NCBI RefSeq assembly: GCF_009914755.1
Contig: NC_060925.1
DNA from: the human T2T-CHM13v2.0 reference genome, Homo sapiens
Length of the DNA stretch: 64,000 nt
Strand: one strand, 5' to 3'
Positions 43,844 to 58,655 of this stretch are shown one piece after another (the first letter of the stretch is position 1; each line of letters starts with the position of its first letter). The notes under the pieces are model-generated. The model saw only the letters and a program-made list of their open reading frames with translations, was not told where the DNA came from and made no database searches. The position numbers and the translations under genes are program-made.

Positions 43844-44136
43844 GGCCGGGCACAGTAGCTCACGCCTGTGATCCCAGAAACTTTGGGAGGCCGAGGCAGG
43901 AGTGTTGCTTGAGCCCAGGAGTTCAAGACTGGCCTGGGCCACATGGTGAAACTCCCGTCTCTACAAAAAAATACAAAAATTTGCCAGGCACAGAGGCACA
44001 TGCCTGTAGTCCCAGCTACTTGGGAGGCTGAGGTGTGGAAAGATGCCTGAGATCTGCGGGCAGAAGCTGCAGTGGGCCCAGATCACATCACTACACTCCA
44101 ACACCTTGGCGACAAGAGTGCAACTCTGCGTGAAAA
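43844..44136 (+). mobile_element. AluJ (Jb-like) SINE
   Basis: ggccgggcacagtagctc...gcttgagcccaggagttc...; degenerate TSD aattagtgccta / aatcagcaccta. Confidence 0.88.
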
Positions 44137-44192
44137 GGAAGGAAGGAAGCAAGGAAGGAAGGAAGGAAGGAAGGAAGGGAAGGAAGGAGGAA
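44137..44192. repeat. (GGAA)n microsatellite derived from the Alu tail
   Basis: About 12 GGAA units; longest pure run is 6 (44153-44176). Confidence 0.92.
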
Positions 44193-44469
44193 GTAATCAG
44201 CACCTAACTTGGAAACTTCAAGGTTTACAAAGAAACTTTCATTATTTAAAGAGACAAATGTCAAAGAGATAAATCAAGGGATACATTTCTACTTGACAAA
44301 GATACACTTTCTACTCTGGCATTTTCAGTATCAGATGAACACTTTATATTTTACACTATAATGTAATTAATAATTTTTTATTTTAAAAACTTTTCTGACA
44401 CAATTTAAATGATTAAATTTATTCTTCAATACATACATGAACACACCCACAGATACACACAACCCATGG

Positions 44470-44788
<319 letters not shown>

Positions 44789-45579
44789 TAAAGAGATCGA
44801 TATCTAATACAAGAGCTTGACATATTCACTAATATTTAAAATTTGAGAAGGGTATGTGGTAAATGCTATGATAATTCAGAGATGAAAGATGTTACACTGG
44901 TTACTCATACAAACTAAGCCTTCTGTAAAGCAAACCAGATTTTGAAAAACATTCAGAAGCATGCATGTGGGAGATTTAAAACACATATGAGGAAGAGCAA
45001 AAAGTGCAATTTCATCCATTCACTCAGAAAATTATTGTTAAAACCTTCTATGGATACATATCAACACTGTCCTAAGAGACAGATACATTGTAGTGACTGA
45101 CTGAACAAGATTAAAAAAAAAAAAGAAAGAAAAAAAAACCCGCCCTGATAACTTTATTGTCTAAAGATCTGTGTGGACTATAAGTAATCGAAAAACTCAG
45201 AAAGACAAGTTTAGAATCAGATAATGGATAGTTTTTTACCAGACTTAGCAGTTTATAGGCAATGAGTAACCAATAGATTTTTTTTATTCTGAAGGATTAA
45301 TTACATATAGGATGAATCTAAAAGATGAGAAAATGGAAAATGAGAGGTCCAAACAGAAGATAAGTGCTAGCCCTAAAAGTGGTATTCAAAATGAGAGAAA
45401 GGTATAAATATGACACATTGAGAGATAATCGACTAGACCTGCAAAGACGAGGAAAAAAGTCACTTCACTGTAAGTAATTCAAATAATAAACAGAGGTTCC
45501 TTAAGGGAAGGGATACTATATTGGGGCAGAAGGTAAGGATGCATTTGGTTTTATAAGATGGTCATTGTAAGAGGCAAAA

Positions 45580-45830
45580 TTGCATAAAGGTTGTAAGCAT
45601 ATACTTTGGAATCATACAGAACTGGTTAAACCAATTCCTAGTACTATGGCCTTGATCAACTTACTCCCTCTCAATTTCAAAATCCACATTTTCATCTGTC
45701 TACCGTGGATAACAACTGTACCTACCACATAATACATAATAATTAAATGAGTTAGTTTAAATAAATTTCTCAGTAGGGTAAGTAGCGCAAAGCATGCCCT
45801 ATATTATATATTGGCTATAATTATTAATAA
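45580..45830 (+). mobile_element. MIR SINE
   Basis: actttggaatcatacagaactgg...ggccttgatcaactt...ttcatctgt...gtacctacc...attaaatgagttag. Confidence 0.6.
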
Positions 45831-47971
45831 CATCATCATTTTATGTAAGTGAATTCAGTATATATGATCTGAAAATAATATCTGTGGGAAGTAGTAACTG
45901 CTGAACTAAGACAGTGGGCAGTTGAAGAACAGGAATCGGAGAAGAAAAGATTAAGGAGGTAGAACCTATAGGATGTAGGTGGGGAAAACAGATGAGAGGG
46001 AGGAGTGATTCACCAAATTAGCCCTTTATAGTAGGAGAAGGAGACTATGGGGAAAAGATGGCGAGTTCCATTTTGGCGGTATTGAATGGGATGTCAACAA
46101 TGAGCTAAACTGCACTATAAGAAAGCTCACTGGAAGAGAAAAACTTGCCTAACTGTAAAATGAAAAAAAAAATTATAGTATGTGAAAACATATAAATATA
46201 GAAGGTACATTTTAAAATAAACACACTGCCCTCAATAGTTTTATTAAAGAAACAAAACCAACACATACATTATTTTCTTTTATTTAATGTTGATTACACT
46301 ATCAGCACAAAATTGTCACTGTTCCATATAAAAAATACTAACATTATCACTGTCTGTAAGCTATAAGGATAAGAAAAAAGAAAAAAAAATGCTTGGTAAA
46401 CTGAAATCATCCAAGGTCATTTCTGTGGATATCATACAGGAACAAAGCTTACAGAGCCTAGGGGAATGACAAGTTAATAACAACTCTTTGATAATTCCAT
46501 AATTGTTAAATTAAAAAATTCTTCATTGTGAATTAAAAGCCAATTATTTACTTTTAGAACACAAATGGACTAAATCATAAGGCAGAAATACGTGTTTATT
46601 TTCATGAAAAACAGAGCCATTATCACTACAGGAGTTGGAAGATAAAAACACCTCTAGTTTTCCTGTAACAGAAGTCTCCTCCAAATAACCTTCACACATC
46701 CCTTCCAATAAACTGCTTCCTGATGACCTCAACAGTACCATTTCCCCACTCCAGTCATATTCACTTAGCACTGACTAAAAATACAATGTTCAGAATAGCT
46801 GTGTACCGGTGAAATGATAAACTGGTAAGTAGAATTATTCAGTTTCAGATGACATAACTGGTTGCTTACGGGTTTGGGGAAGAATTAAAAATCTAAAAAT
46901 TGCTTCTAGAATCTTTCCCTGAGAGATGATAACAATTTTTAACTGCACCACTCTGCTGCAGCTTTAAAAACATGAGGCACAAAAATACACTTTAATAACC
47001 TTAACTAGGAAGCAGGACTACGTAATCTTTGTTCTCTCACCAAATGTTCAATTCCTCATCTCCAGAAAGAGTCTCTGCACTTCGGGTTTCAGATTAAATG
47101 CTGACACAGGTGGCTCCATTAAGAGACAAATCAAGAATATGTATAATCCAGATGAAGAGGTTAAAATCCTCTGGACTGCCTTTCAGTCTGACTAAACCTG
47201 TAAAATCTATATTTAATAGCTGATTTTCCAGAGATCGAAAGATTTCTTTTTACATATGCCCTTGATGGAATTAATGAGAGGAGAGAAAAGCATATGCTTA
47301 AATGCCTGGGGGCAACTATAACAAAGGAAGAAATTACAGTTTATTAACGTAATTCCAGTACTCATAACATATTGCTTGCTCTAAATATCCCCAAAACAAC
47401 ATGCACTACACAATCAAATCTCTGTAACTAATATGCTTATAGACTTTCTGAGGGTGAATTTACTAACTAAATAATGGTCAAAATAATAGCTAACATTCAG
47501 ACATCTGCTTTTAAAAGAAGCATCCCTTCCACCTGCTTCTACAGGCCACAAAGATACACTCTAGTTAACATATTACTGACAGGATGATGAGAAAGCTCCT
47601 GTCAGATGCTGGCCAGCCGGGTGTTTGAGACAAAATGCACAGCCCCAGCTGAATAGTTAGAGAAAGTCTGGTGAGGTACAATTATAGAGGCATATGACAA
47701 GGCTTCATGCCTGACTGATTTGAGAACCACTGACATGGCTTTAAACAGCAATCCAACCTACCTATGGTCACAAAACAGCAATAAGTCAACTGATACCCCC
47801 TTGTAATATCATGATTTATGCCTCTGCTTTGAATACACGAGAATCTAATATGATGTTCTGCTAGTCTACCAAGATTCGCTTGGGGCTTAAACATCTATGG
47901 CCTACCTACAGCATGGATAAAATCAATGTTCTTGTTCAGGATTACCAGAAACCGTTCCATGTGTACTTGAC

Positions 47972-48011
47972 AATGTATAAATCAACAGAATAATGTATGA
48001 ATCAACAGAAT
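47972..48011. repeat. 20-bp tandem duplication
   Basis: aatgtat(a/g)aatcaacagaat x2. Confidence 0.85.
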
Positions 48012-48208
48012 AAAAAAAAAACTGATTATATCTCAATTCATTAAACTCAAACATGCAAAAATATAATAATAGGTACTAACACAATACCACACTTTAAAAT
48101 ATAGGGAGAAAACCTATTAGAATGTTGAAAACATAACAATATTCTTGATATCTGTGCTTACATATCTTAATTTTTTTAATTTTAAACTTTTCATCTTTTA
48201 AAGGTTAA

Positions 48209-48668
<460 letters not shown>

Positions 48669-49313
48669 TGAGACAAAATTTCTAAAACTACAATAGAATT
48701 ATGAATGTTAGGCCACCTTTACATATATTCCTCTAAAAATTAAGAGTTGGGCTGTATACTTAAAAAATTAAAAATGGATAAAACGTTAATTTCGAACATT
48801 AAACACATTATAGTCTCCGTGATATATAAAAATATGAGTATAAAAAGCTTAAAAACAAGTAAATTCATTGATTTTACTTTTAATTTACATAAATTACTTT
48901 TAATTTATGTTAAGAAATGAGTCCTTGACCTTAAATGCCACTATGCATGGAATTTATAGCAGATATATTTTATATACTGTATATATAAAAGAATTATTCA
49001 AGACAGATTCAAGTAAAGCAGCTTCCTCCATAAAAGAAGACTAAGATCATGAAAGAGAACTTGAATTATGTTTCTTTTATCAGCCCAACGGTCCCAGAGA
49101 GTGAACCAAAACAGAGCTGGTAACTTAGAGGTGACATCACCATCAAGTTTTCATGAATTGTCATAAACAGTTGATAATAAATTGACATCAAACATAGAAA
49201 ACAACTCCCCCAAAATACTAAGCCTTTATGATAACAATTTGTTTTTAAAGCCAAATACTAAGTTAAAAGATAGTAATGTTAATTTTTACTCTAACTGCAG
49301 ATGTAGACTATTA

Positions 49314-49637
<324 letters not shown>

Positions 49638-49963
49638 CTATTATAAAATTATAGCTCATAATTACTAAACATATATTCTATGCAGATATCATTCTAAGCA
49701 CTTTATATATATGTATTTCCTTAATCTTTACATCAACCCTATGAGATTAAGGCTACTATTGCTCCTACTCTACACTTAAAGAAACTGAGTCAAACAGATT
49801 ACTTGGTCATTAAGAGGTGGATATAAATTAAATAAAACACCAATATTTTTCAAAAACATATACTCAGATTTATTTCTAATACACAAATACAGTAGCTTAT
49901 GCTTCACTCACATAGCTTATTCCCTCACTTTCTTTGGATCTCTGCTCAAATACTACCTCACTG

Positions 49964-50096
49964 AGTTGGGCACAGCGGCGTGTGCCTATAGTCCCAGCTA
50001 CTTGGAAACCCAAGGCAGGAGGATCCATTGAGCCCAGGAGTTTGAGACCAGCCTGGGCAACATAGCAAGACCCTGTCTCAAAAAAACAAACAAACA
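49964..50096 (+). mobile_element. FLAM (free left Alu monomer) inserted in an L2 relic
   Basis: Monomeric Alu with 16-bp TSD aaatactacctca(c/t)tg at 49948 and 50097. Confidence 0.85.
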
Positions 50097-51849
50097 AAAT
50101 ACTACCTCATTGGAGAGGCCTTCCTTACATAAAATGGAAACCTGTCCATCACTGTCTACCCTGTAAACCCACTCACTTTATCCATTATGTAACCCTAGCT
50201 AATAAATAATTGCTATTTGTTTGCTCACTTGTTTACAAACTGTTTCATGCCAGTCGAATATGGTTAATGTCTAGAAAGTGCCTGGCACATAGTATGTGCC
50301 TAATAAACATTTGTTACATGAATTAATCCTGATAAAATTTAGTTCCAAAGCCTATTATACAATCTTTTTAATTTTGAGGACAATATCCATTTAAAAATAT
50401 CCTTTTTAATCTTAAAAAAAAATCATGTTTAAAAAATGAGGAGGAGGAGCTGGGGAGAAAGAAGAAGAATGTTTCACTTCAATAGTAAGTTAAAAAATAG
50501 CAGATAGGCAAATTAAAATATCAAATGAGTCAAACTGAATTTCTTGACATCTCTAAGATGTGTAAGAAAAAAATTACTTGTGTCATTGACTAGCACTTAT
50601 TCTCTGATATTACTGCATCATTTATCCACCCTTACTCTTTTAAATGCATATATTTTTCAATATGTAAAGTGCATTTTCAACTTTTAGGAGTGAGCATATC
50701 AAATTACAATTCAAAATCTCAAAATCGTATTTTTGAGATTTTCGTGAATTATAAATTCATACAAATTATATGTACAATTGTATGTATTTTTTTCAATTGT
50801 AGAGTAATGGAAATAACCCAAAAATTAGAATCAAAAGACTCAATTTCACATTATCTGTCTCTAACTAGCTGTTTGGCCTTGAAGTGGTCATTTAATCTCA
50901 CTGAAAATACCTTTCTCACTGTTAAATGTTAAACAGATATCCTACAGAAATCCTGAAACTCCTTCTACTTTAAATGCTAAAATACAGATTAAGGTTTTTA
51001 TTTCTACTATAGGAGAAGAAAACATTAAAAATATGGTTTTATTTATCAATTAATCAAATTTGTGAGGAAGAAAATTCATAAAATATTGAATAATAGTTTT
51101 TGCTAAATAAATACATCATAGATTATCTAAAACTATATTTAAATTTGTATTTAAAAATTTAAGTTGAAAATATTAAATTTTTGAAGCTTAAATGAGAAAA
51201 AAATTATAAAATCTAGCAAAATACTTCTGAATATTTTTCTATGACCCAAGAAAAATCTTTCTCTCCCTGCCTTTACCATATTAATAAAGACCTTCCAAAA
51301 GAACATTTTAGTGAATGTCATAAAACCTGTGATTTATAAAAAATGCTACTTTGACTTTTAAGTTATTATCAGCCCAAAGAGCTGCTCTAAATCAAACTAT
51401 TATACAATCTACTCCCAAACCACTACTTGGCAACAAAGATGAATCTACCTATTACCAGGTTAGGATAGCAGCTATTATCATGGCCCCTTGATTTCTTTCA
51501 AGTGGCTCCAATGGAAAAAGCCACAAGTGAATAATAAAAATCTCATAATAGCTCTTAAGAATTCTTTATATGGTAGAAGGCACTAAAATGAACTCTGGAG
51601 AGTTAAAAAGAAAAAAAAACTCTCATCTCCTGATAAGAAAAAATAATTAACCTGACTTAATGCATCTGAGAAGGCTTCCTATAAATCAGACTTTTGTACT
51701 TCAAGAGCCAGATTAAAACCATACATCAAAAACGTATGTAGATATTGTCTTATAAGTACACATAGCACATTTCTAAATCTGCAAAGGTTTTTAGGTCTTT
51801 TTGTGAAACACTCAATACCTGCTACTTAAAAGAAGTGTGAAGTACTTAC

Positions 51850-51960
51850 AGTGCTTAATTTGCTCGAGATAATCACGATGCGCCTTTCATGCAGCATACT
51901 GGCATACAGCTGCAGCATGTTGTTCACATCCACGGCAACAAAATATTCTGTAAGATTTCT
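51850..51960 (-). CDS. DENND1B: DENND1B coding exon (probably exon 10), 111 nt, phase 0-0: RNLTEYFVAVDVNNMLQLYASMLHERRIVIISSKLST
   Basis: gtacag|AGAAATCTT...AGCACT|gtaagt; core DENN motif (L.ERRI...SSKLS); overlaps ORF 51826..52029. Confidence 0.96.
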
Positions 51961-52194
51961 CTGTACAAGTAAAAGATAATTGTGTAAGTTACAGCTCATA
52001 GTGAATGTGAAGAAAAACATTTTACACACTTACCAGAAAGTCTTGAAGTTCAAAGGGTATTATTATTTAAAATGGTATTTATTAAAATAATTAAGTGTAA
52101 TACTAGTCGGCTGCCACATAAAGCACATAATATTCTATTATTAGTTGAAACATAACCCTACTCAAGGTAAGTATTTGCAGAGGATGATCAGATC

Positions 52195-52662
<468 letters not shown>

Positions 52663-54828
52663 CCCAGACAATACATTTGAGTCTTTTCATGTTTGCCATT
52701 CACTATGCAGGCACAATCATCATCTGATACGACACAGCATGCACAACGTACCCAAAGGATGAGGTGAATTTATAAAACAGCCCTTTGGTACTTTATTAAG
52801 GAAATTACCTTGTTTATACTTCATGTCACGCTTGCTTTATATCCACTATAATCAAATATAATTTGATGATGTTCTAAATTGATTCCTTAATTTAGCACTC
52901 TTATCCCCCACATGAGAATGAAACTGGGATAAGCTACTACATTAACTTTGACTTTTAGATCTTCTCCTTTCTTATTATTTATTTTTAATTTTCTATAATG
53001 AAACAAATACATCAGAAAGCAACAAACTAATTAAGGGATTCAACAAGATATAACAAACAAAAACTGTAGCATCAGGTGGGCTATGACCTAGTAGGCTAAA
53101 ACTTCTAGTCAGGCAAGAATGTAAGAAATCCAATTACTTCTTCAATTTCCGGAAGATAGAAACTTTACCATCACAAATTGGTAATCATGATAGAGCACAT
53201 CAATAGAACCTGTAACTATCAGTGGGTGATGTTGAATTTGGTGGGAAGAGGTTTATTTCGTGCTTTCTCACCTTCCAATTCAACTCTCCATATAAAAATT
53301 CAAGTTATTCAAGATTAGTATATTTCCTATAATCTAAAAGAAAGGTAATTTTTAGATGGGGAATTATTTCTCAGCATAGAGTGCTGCCTTATGCTTATTC
53401 TCTTGCTTTCTTTTCCCTAAACAGGACTTTCTGCAAAATAAAACATGTTAATAGACAAGTAAAAATACATATTCTCAGTGGCAGTTTTTCCTTTGAATGT
53501 TTGTTTCCTTGAAACTTTCAAAGTAATCATCTTTTTTAAAATGTGACATTTGTTAAATCAAGTTATTAGTTGTTTGTTAGTAAACATAAGAGAAAGGTAA
53601 ATAGGAGAGAGAGTAGACGGAAGCAAATTTGACTTTGAAACCCTGAAGTGAAGGGACAAGGGTCATATAAGTCAAGACATGGTCAGTCAGCCTTAAAGAA
53701 AACATTAACAAGGAGTACCTGGCCTACAGTGTACAGCAGTCAATACTTTAGGATCCATTATGTCACCTGAGAGCTTTGATTATCTATCTCAGGCCCATAC
53801 GAGCAACTTGATGCAAAGCTTTTCATAAGGGTTTTTTGGATCCATCTGTACTGAAAACACCATCGACAGTCTTGGTTTGGTATCAGAAAATTTACTATTG
53901 GCTTCTTGGACTTCCTTCACTACCTACATGCTTTTGGAAACCAAACACTCAGTAGGTTTGAAAACATTTGGAAAAACACTAGAATCCCAAAGTAAATAAT
54001 AAGTATATATTGAAATACTTTTTTCCTGTTGATTTTTCCTTTACTTTTGATTGAGTTATTCCTACTGATTCATTTTAACTTTCCAAGGGAAGCTGAAGAA
54101 AAATTACGTAAGGGAATACTTCATTTTCACATAGTTATCCAAAATCATAAAAGCATATTTGTTACTTCTACTTGTCTATGTAAACATTTCTACAAAATAC
54201 TAATGTGTAATAACTATTAAAATACTGAAAATAGTTCTAGTATGGCTAGAATTAGGACTCTAAATAAAATGAAAATTTTAGCAATTTTTAAAATTTCTTA
54301 CAATAGCCATCAAACCTTGCAAGATATGTATTGCTTTAAATTAAAATCAGGAAATTAAGAACAGTTCATCTACGATTTGAAGCATTATATACAAGGAATA
54401 TAAAATACTATGTCAATTTCACTAAAATAATGATTTGTGTGAAGACATTTCCCATTGCTAGAATTCTTCTCCACAAGTAGAAGCCATCTCCTGAGGTATC
54501 TCTTCTATCATATACAGTGAAGCTGAAGACCTAATTGAATATATATATGATCCTACCTAATTACTACAAATGATAGAAATAGTTTTCCTTATATTATTGT
54601 CCTTAATTTTCCTTATCCACAACCAGATATTAAGAAGAAGGTAAAGGGGCAGATATATAAAGAAGAAAAGAAAATAATATCTTTATTTCTTATTTCTTCA
54701 TTATTTCTCACAAACACAGATAATTACAATGTATCCTATTTCTCTATATAAAAACGCATAAACAGTGAGACCAAAATAAACAAAATTAATAATATAAGAA
54801 TAATTAAAGTAGAAAATAGGAAACTTAC

Positions 54829-54882
54829 ACTCTCGGGTATTGTTGGGAGTCCAGTTACATCAGGGGCAATGAAGTAGGAATG
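54829..54882 (-). CDS. DENND1B: DENND1B coding exon (probably exon 9), 54 nt, phase 0-0: HSYFIAPDVTGLPTIPES
   Basis: gattag|CATTCCTAC...GAGAGT|gtaagt; DENND1-family peptide. Confidence 0.95.
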
Positions 54883-55184
54883 CTAATCAATACAAATAAA
54901 TCACATATGAAAAAGATAATTAAAACTGGTAACATATAATTTGTAATGAAAATCAGAAAAAAATATATTGAGTAAATTAAAAAATGCCATGGACTGACAT
55001 TCAGGATTTGTTGAATTTGAGAGATTCTTAAATGAGTTAGCGGGTTTATATGAGATTTAACAATTATATTGCCATACAAAAAGTTAAGACTTGGTTAAAA
55101 ATATTTGACCCTAAAATTAAAATTAAAATAGGGAAAAAGTGTTAAGGCAAAAAAAGAGTATATTGCTGAAAGGTTTATTTTGTA

Positions 55185-55262
55185 CATATATACATATACA
55201 CGTATGTGTATATATACAGTATATAGAGACATACACACCTATACATACATATAAACATATAT
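55185..55262. repeat. (TA/CA)n low-complexity microsatellite
   Basis: catatatacatatacacgtatgtgtatatatac...catacatataaacatatata. Confidence 0.7.
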
Positions 55263-56193
55263 ATTATTAAAACACATTTAGTTGAGGTGGACTGGAAAAA
55301 TTAAAGCTTGCTAACCAAATATATCAAAATCTACTAAGATTCCTGGGCTGGGTTTCTATGGTAAGTCACAAGAAATCTCTTTTGTAAACATCAACCACCC
55401 TATTATTTAGCAAATAGCAATAAAGCATAATTTTTCAATGTTTAAAATTTCTTAAACACGTAGTAATCCCAAAATATGATTGTTACACATCTGCCAAATA
55501 TTAATTAGCTTCTATAATGTTCAAAGAAGTAAAACAGTTCATCAGAATACTTACATAAAGAATACATTGTGTATATATGCCTTCATGTTTCCCACAATGT
55601 TCCCAAATTTTACCACCCAGAATCAAAGTGCAATTTAATCATCAAAAGTTTTATTTTCTGTTCATATTAATCTCCAAAATTATTTAATATCTGAATCACA
55701 TAAGGACATATTTAATAATATCTTATTATTAATGATTAGAAAAGAAACATTTTAGCCAATATTTGAGCACAGTTGAACTAGTCAGAACAAGGATAGTTAA
55801 CACAGTCATAATCTATAATTTTCCAGGGTAGAAGAACAATAGGAGATAAATCACAAGATCTTTTGTGATCTTGGGACCAAAAAATGTGACAAATCTTGTG
55901 CTGTGAATATACTTTAAAATTACTACTACTGAAAATGGAGAATATGCAAAGATTTCGGTCTCTATAACCTACTTTTATTTGGAATAGTTTTTAATAGTAC
56001 TATATTTCATAAAACTATGCTTTAAAAGATAGTATAAACAGAAAATATTATATATTCCAAATGATTAATTTTCTTAAGAGTCAAATTCACCATTTCCCAA
56101 AGGGCTGGAGTGAAGCTTAAAGGCATAGTGAAATAAGTGATTATTTTTCCTATTTAATAGTGATTTTTAGAAGCCAATGTCCTTTTAACTCAC

Positions 56194-56253
56194 CGGTACT
56201 AGAGCAGGCTGATCTTTCAGAACTTGCTCACAGGCAATAAATATCTCTTGGTT
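56194..56253 (-). CDS. DENND1B: DENND1B coding exon (probably exon 8), 60 nt, phase 0-0: NQEIFIACEQVLKDQPALVP
   Basis: ttataag|AACCAAGAG...GTACCG|gtgagt; joins in frame between the flanking exons. Confidence 0.9.
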
Positions 56254-56805
56254 CTTATAATACATGAGAGAAAAAAATGAATATTTTACTTTCATGGGAG
56301 AAGCTTACACAACAATTTGCTGTGTAATTGAGACAAACCCATGTAGCCAAGTTAGCCACTAAAAAATACTTGAATAATACTAATTATAAGTATTATTTTA
56401 AATGCTGATTTGCTAATTTTATGCTAGAAAAATCCTAATGAAAGTATTTTCATATTACAAGAGTAGAGAATGCTGTGGATATTTGACGATTTTGAAATGT
56501 TTCAAAAAAAAGCATTCTCATTAGACATTAACTTTTTATAAAAATCTCTGATTACTAATGGCCATTATCCACTTGTACAGGAACAAAAACTTACATAATC
56601 ATCCATTTTAATCTTACATCATAAAACTAAAATCTCCTCTAGTAGCTGAAGATAAGTGTCCTAGTCCCAAATTTGTCACTTATTTAACAGTATAACACTA
56701 AATACAGTACTTTAGGAGTCTGTTATTGAAATCAAATGCAATTAATAATTCATAGTAAACAAACATTAACAGCTGATTTTATCAATACTTAAGATATTAT
56801 AACTA

Positions 56806-57101
56806 GGCCAGATGCAGTGGCTCACGCCTGTAATCCCAGCACTTTGGGAGGCCAAGGCGGGCAGAATACCTGAGGTCAGGAGTTTGAGACCAGCCTGACC
56901 AGCATGGTGAAACCCCATCTCTACTAAAAATACAAAATTAGCCCGGTTTGGTGGTGGGCGCCTGTAATTCCAGCTACTCAGGAGGCCAAGGCAGGAGAAT
57001 CACTCAAAACTGGAGGCAGAGTTTGCACTGAGCTGAGATCACGCCATTGTTTTCCAACCTGGGCAACAAGAGCGAAACTCCACTTCAAAAAAAAAAAAAA
57101 A
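56806..57101 (+). mobile_element. AluSp/Sq-like SINE
   Basis: gggcaacaagagcgaaactcc diagnostic; perfect 14-bp TSD aagatattataact at 56791 and 57102. Confidence 0.93.
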
Positions 57102-58655
57102 AAGATATTATAACTTTAAAATAGGTATACAAGACTTGAAACTATAAGACTATTAATTCAAGTGTGTATAAGAAGGCTTAATTATGAAAATAACTATTAT
57201 ACATAGGAACAGAACACAGCCACTCAAATTCCTTTGACAAGATTATTTCAGCTACAATTTAGCTATTTCAGAAGAAAGTATTTTCTCCATATGAGATGAA
57301 ACTTCAATTTGCTACCAACCAACACCTGAATAGCTCTTCACAGTATATCTAGATATATCATTTTATTTGATTACCAAAACAACTTTCTCAAAAGTTGACA
57401 TGCTCAATTTCTCAAATGGAAAAAAAAGGATCATCTAAAGAGATTAACTTTCTTGACTAACATTACACACTTAGTGACTGTAACTTAACCCAAAATCTTC
57501 TAATCCTAGGTAAAAAGGGGTAGAAATCTTTAATTTATGGTTCTTATTAATAAAGATGAAGTGTTTCAATAGCTGGTTTTTTTGAGATGTACTTTTGTAT
57601 TTATTTACCCCTGAGCAAATATGATACTCAAATTTAAAGGGAGAACACATTTGTATTTCTCATTAATGCCACCTCCATTGTCTTAGCACCTTTATTTTCC
57701 TTAACTCTTTAAGAGTGTTAGAATAACTTTATAAATATAACACTTTCAAAGAGAAATTACCATTTTTTGGAAAATCCCAGGCTCTTCTTTATTCTCCTTG
57801 ACCTTTCCCTTGGTCTTTCTATTGTATTTCCACTGACCATAAACCTTGGATTCTTTGGGCATCAATGACCTACAAGTCTAAGTTTCTCCTTAACTGCTCT
57901 TTCCCCCAATTCTTTCACTGGATCTCCTTTCCTTTTCCCTATAGCCTATTTGGGCAATTAGAACTTAGCCTCTGCTCTGTGCTCTTCTATATTTTATCCT
58001 TTAAATAGCTACAATGATGTCTGCTGCTGACTCCCAAATTTGGGTTAAAAATTCCAGGTTATCCTTAGTTTTTTATCACCCAGTCTACAAATGACTATTA
58101 AACCTTTCCACTTTGACAGTGTGCAACAAAAGAAGATGCAAACATAAAGCAGCAGAGAGGGTCACAGGAAAGAAAAAACACTGCATTAAGTTGTATGACA
58201 AGAGGTTTCACAAAGTTGAAGACTGAGCAAGTTCTAGACTAACAACACATAGTCAACAAAGAGGCTTTAGTCCAAAAGGAAAGCATGATGTTCATTCAAG
58301 AAGCTGAACAAAACAATGTGACCAGAATAGAGGAGGAAAATTAAAAGTTGGATTGAATCTAAGAAATGGATGGTCCTGAAAGCCTGGCCAACGTTTTAAC
58401 AAATTCTATAGAAAATGGGGAGCTACGAAAGGTTTTCAGCAGGGGACTTTATATAGCTTAAGTAACTTTCATCTGACAGTCTTTTGTAGAAATGACTGGA
58501 AGGAGAGAGGCTCTAGACTAAGAACTCTTTGAAGTACTAAGCACCAGAACTAAGGTGCTAACCACCTTAGTCTACTACTAATAGTAGTGGTTAAAGAATG
58601 GAATAATGTAAGAGAACACTACTATCACATGAAATCACAGGATGAAATTTGCTCA

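Noticed and set aside
55848-55873. Short 7-bp inverted repeats (also near 17620, 24234 and 48967)
   Set aside because: Expected by chance in AT-rich sequence.
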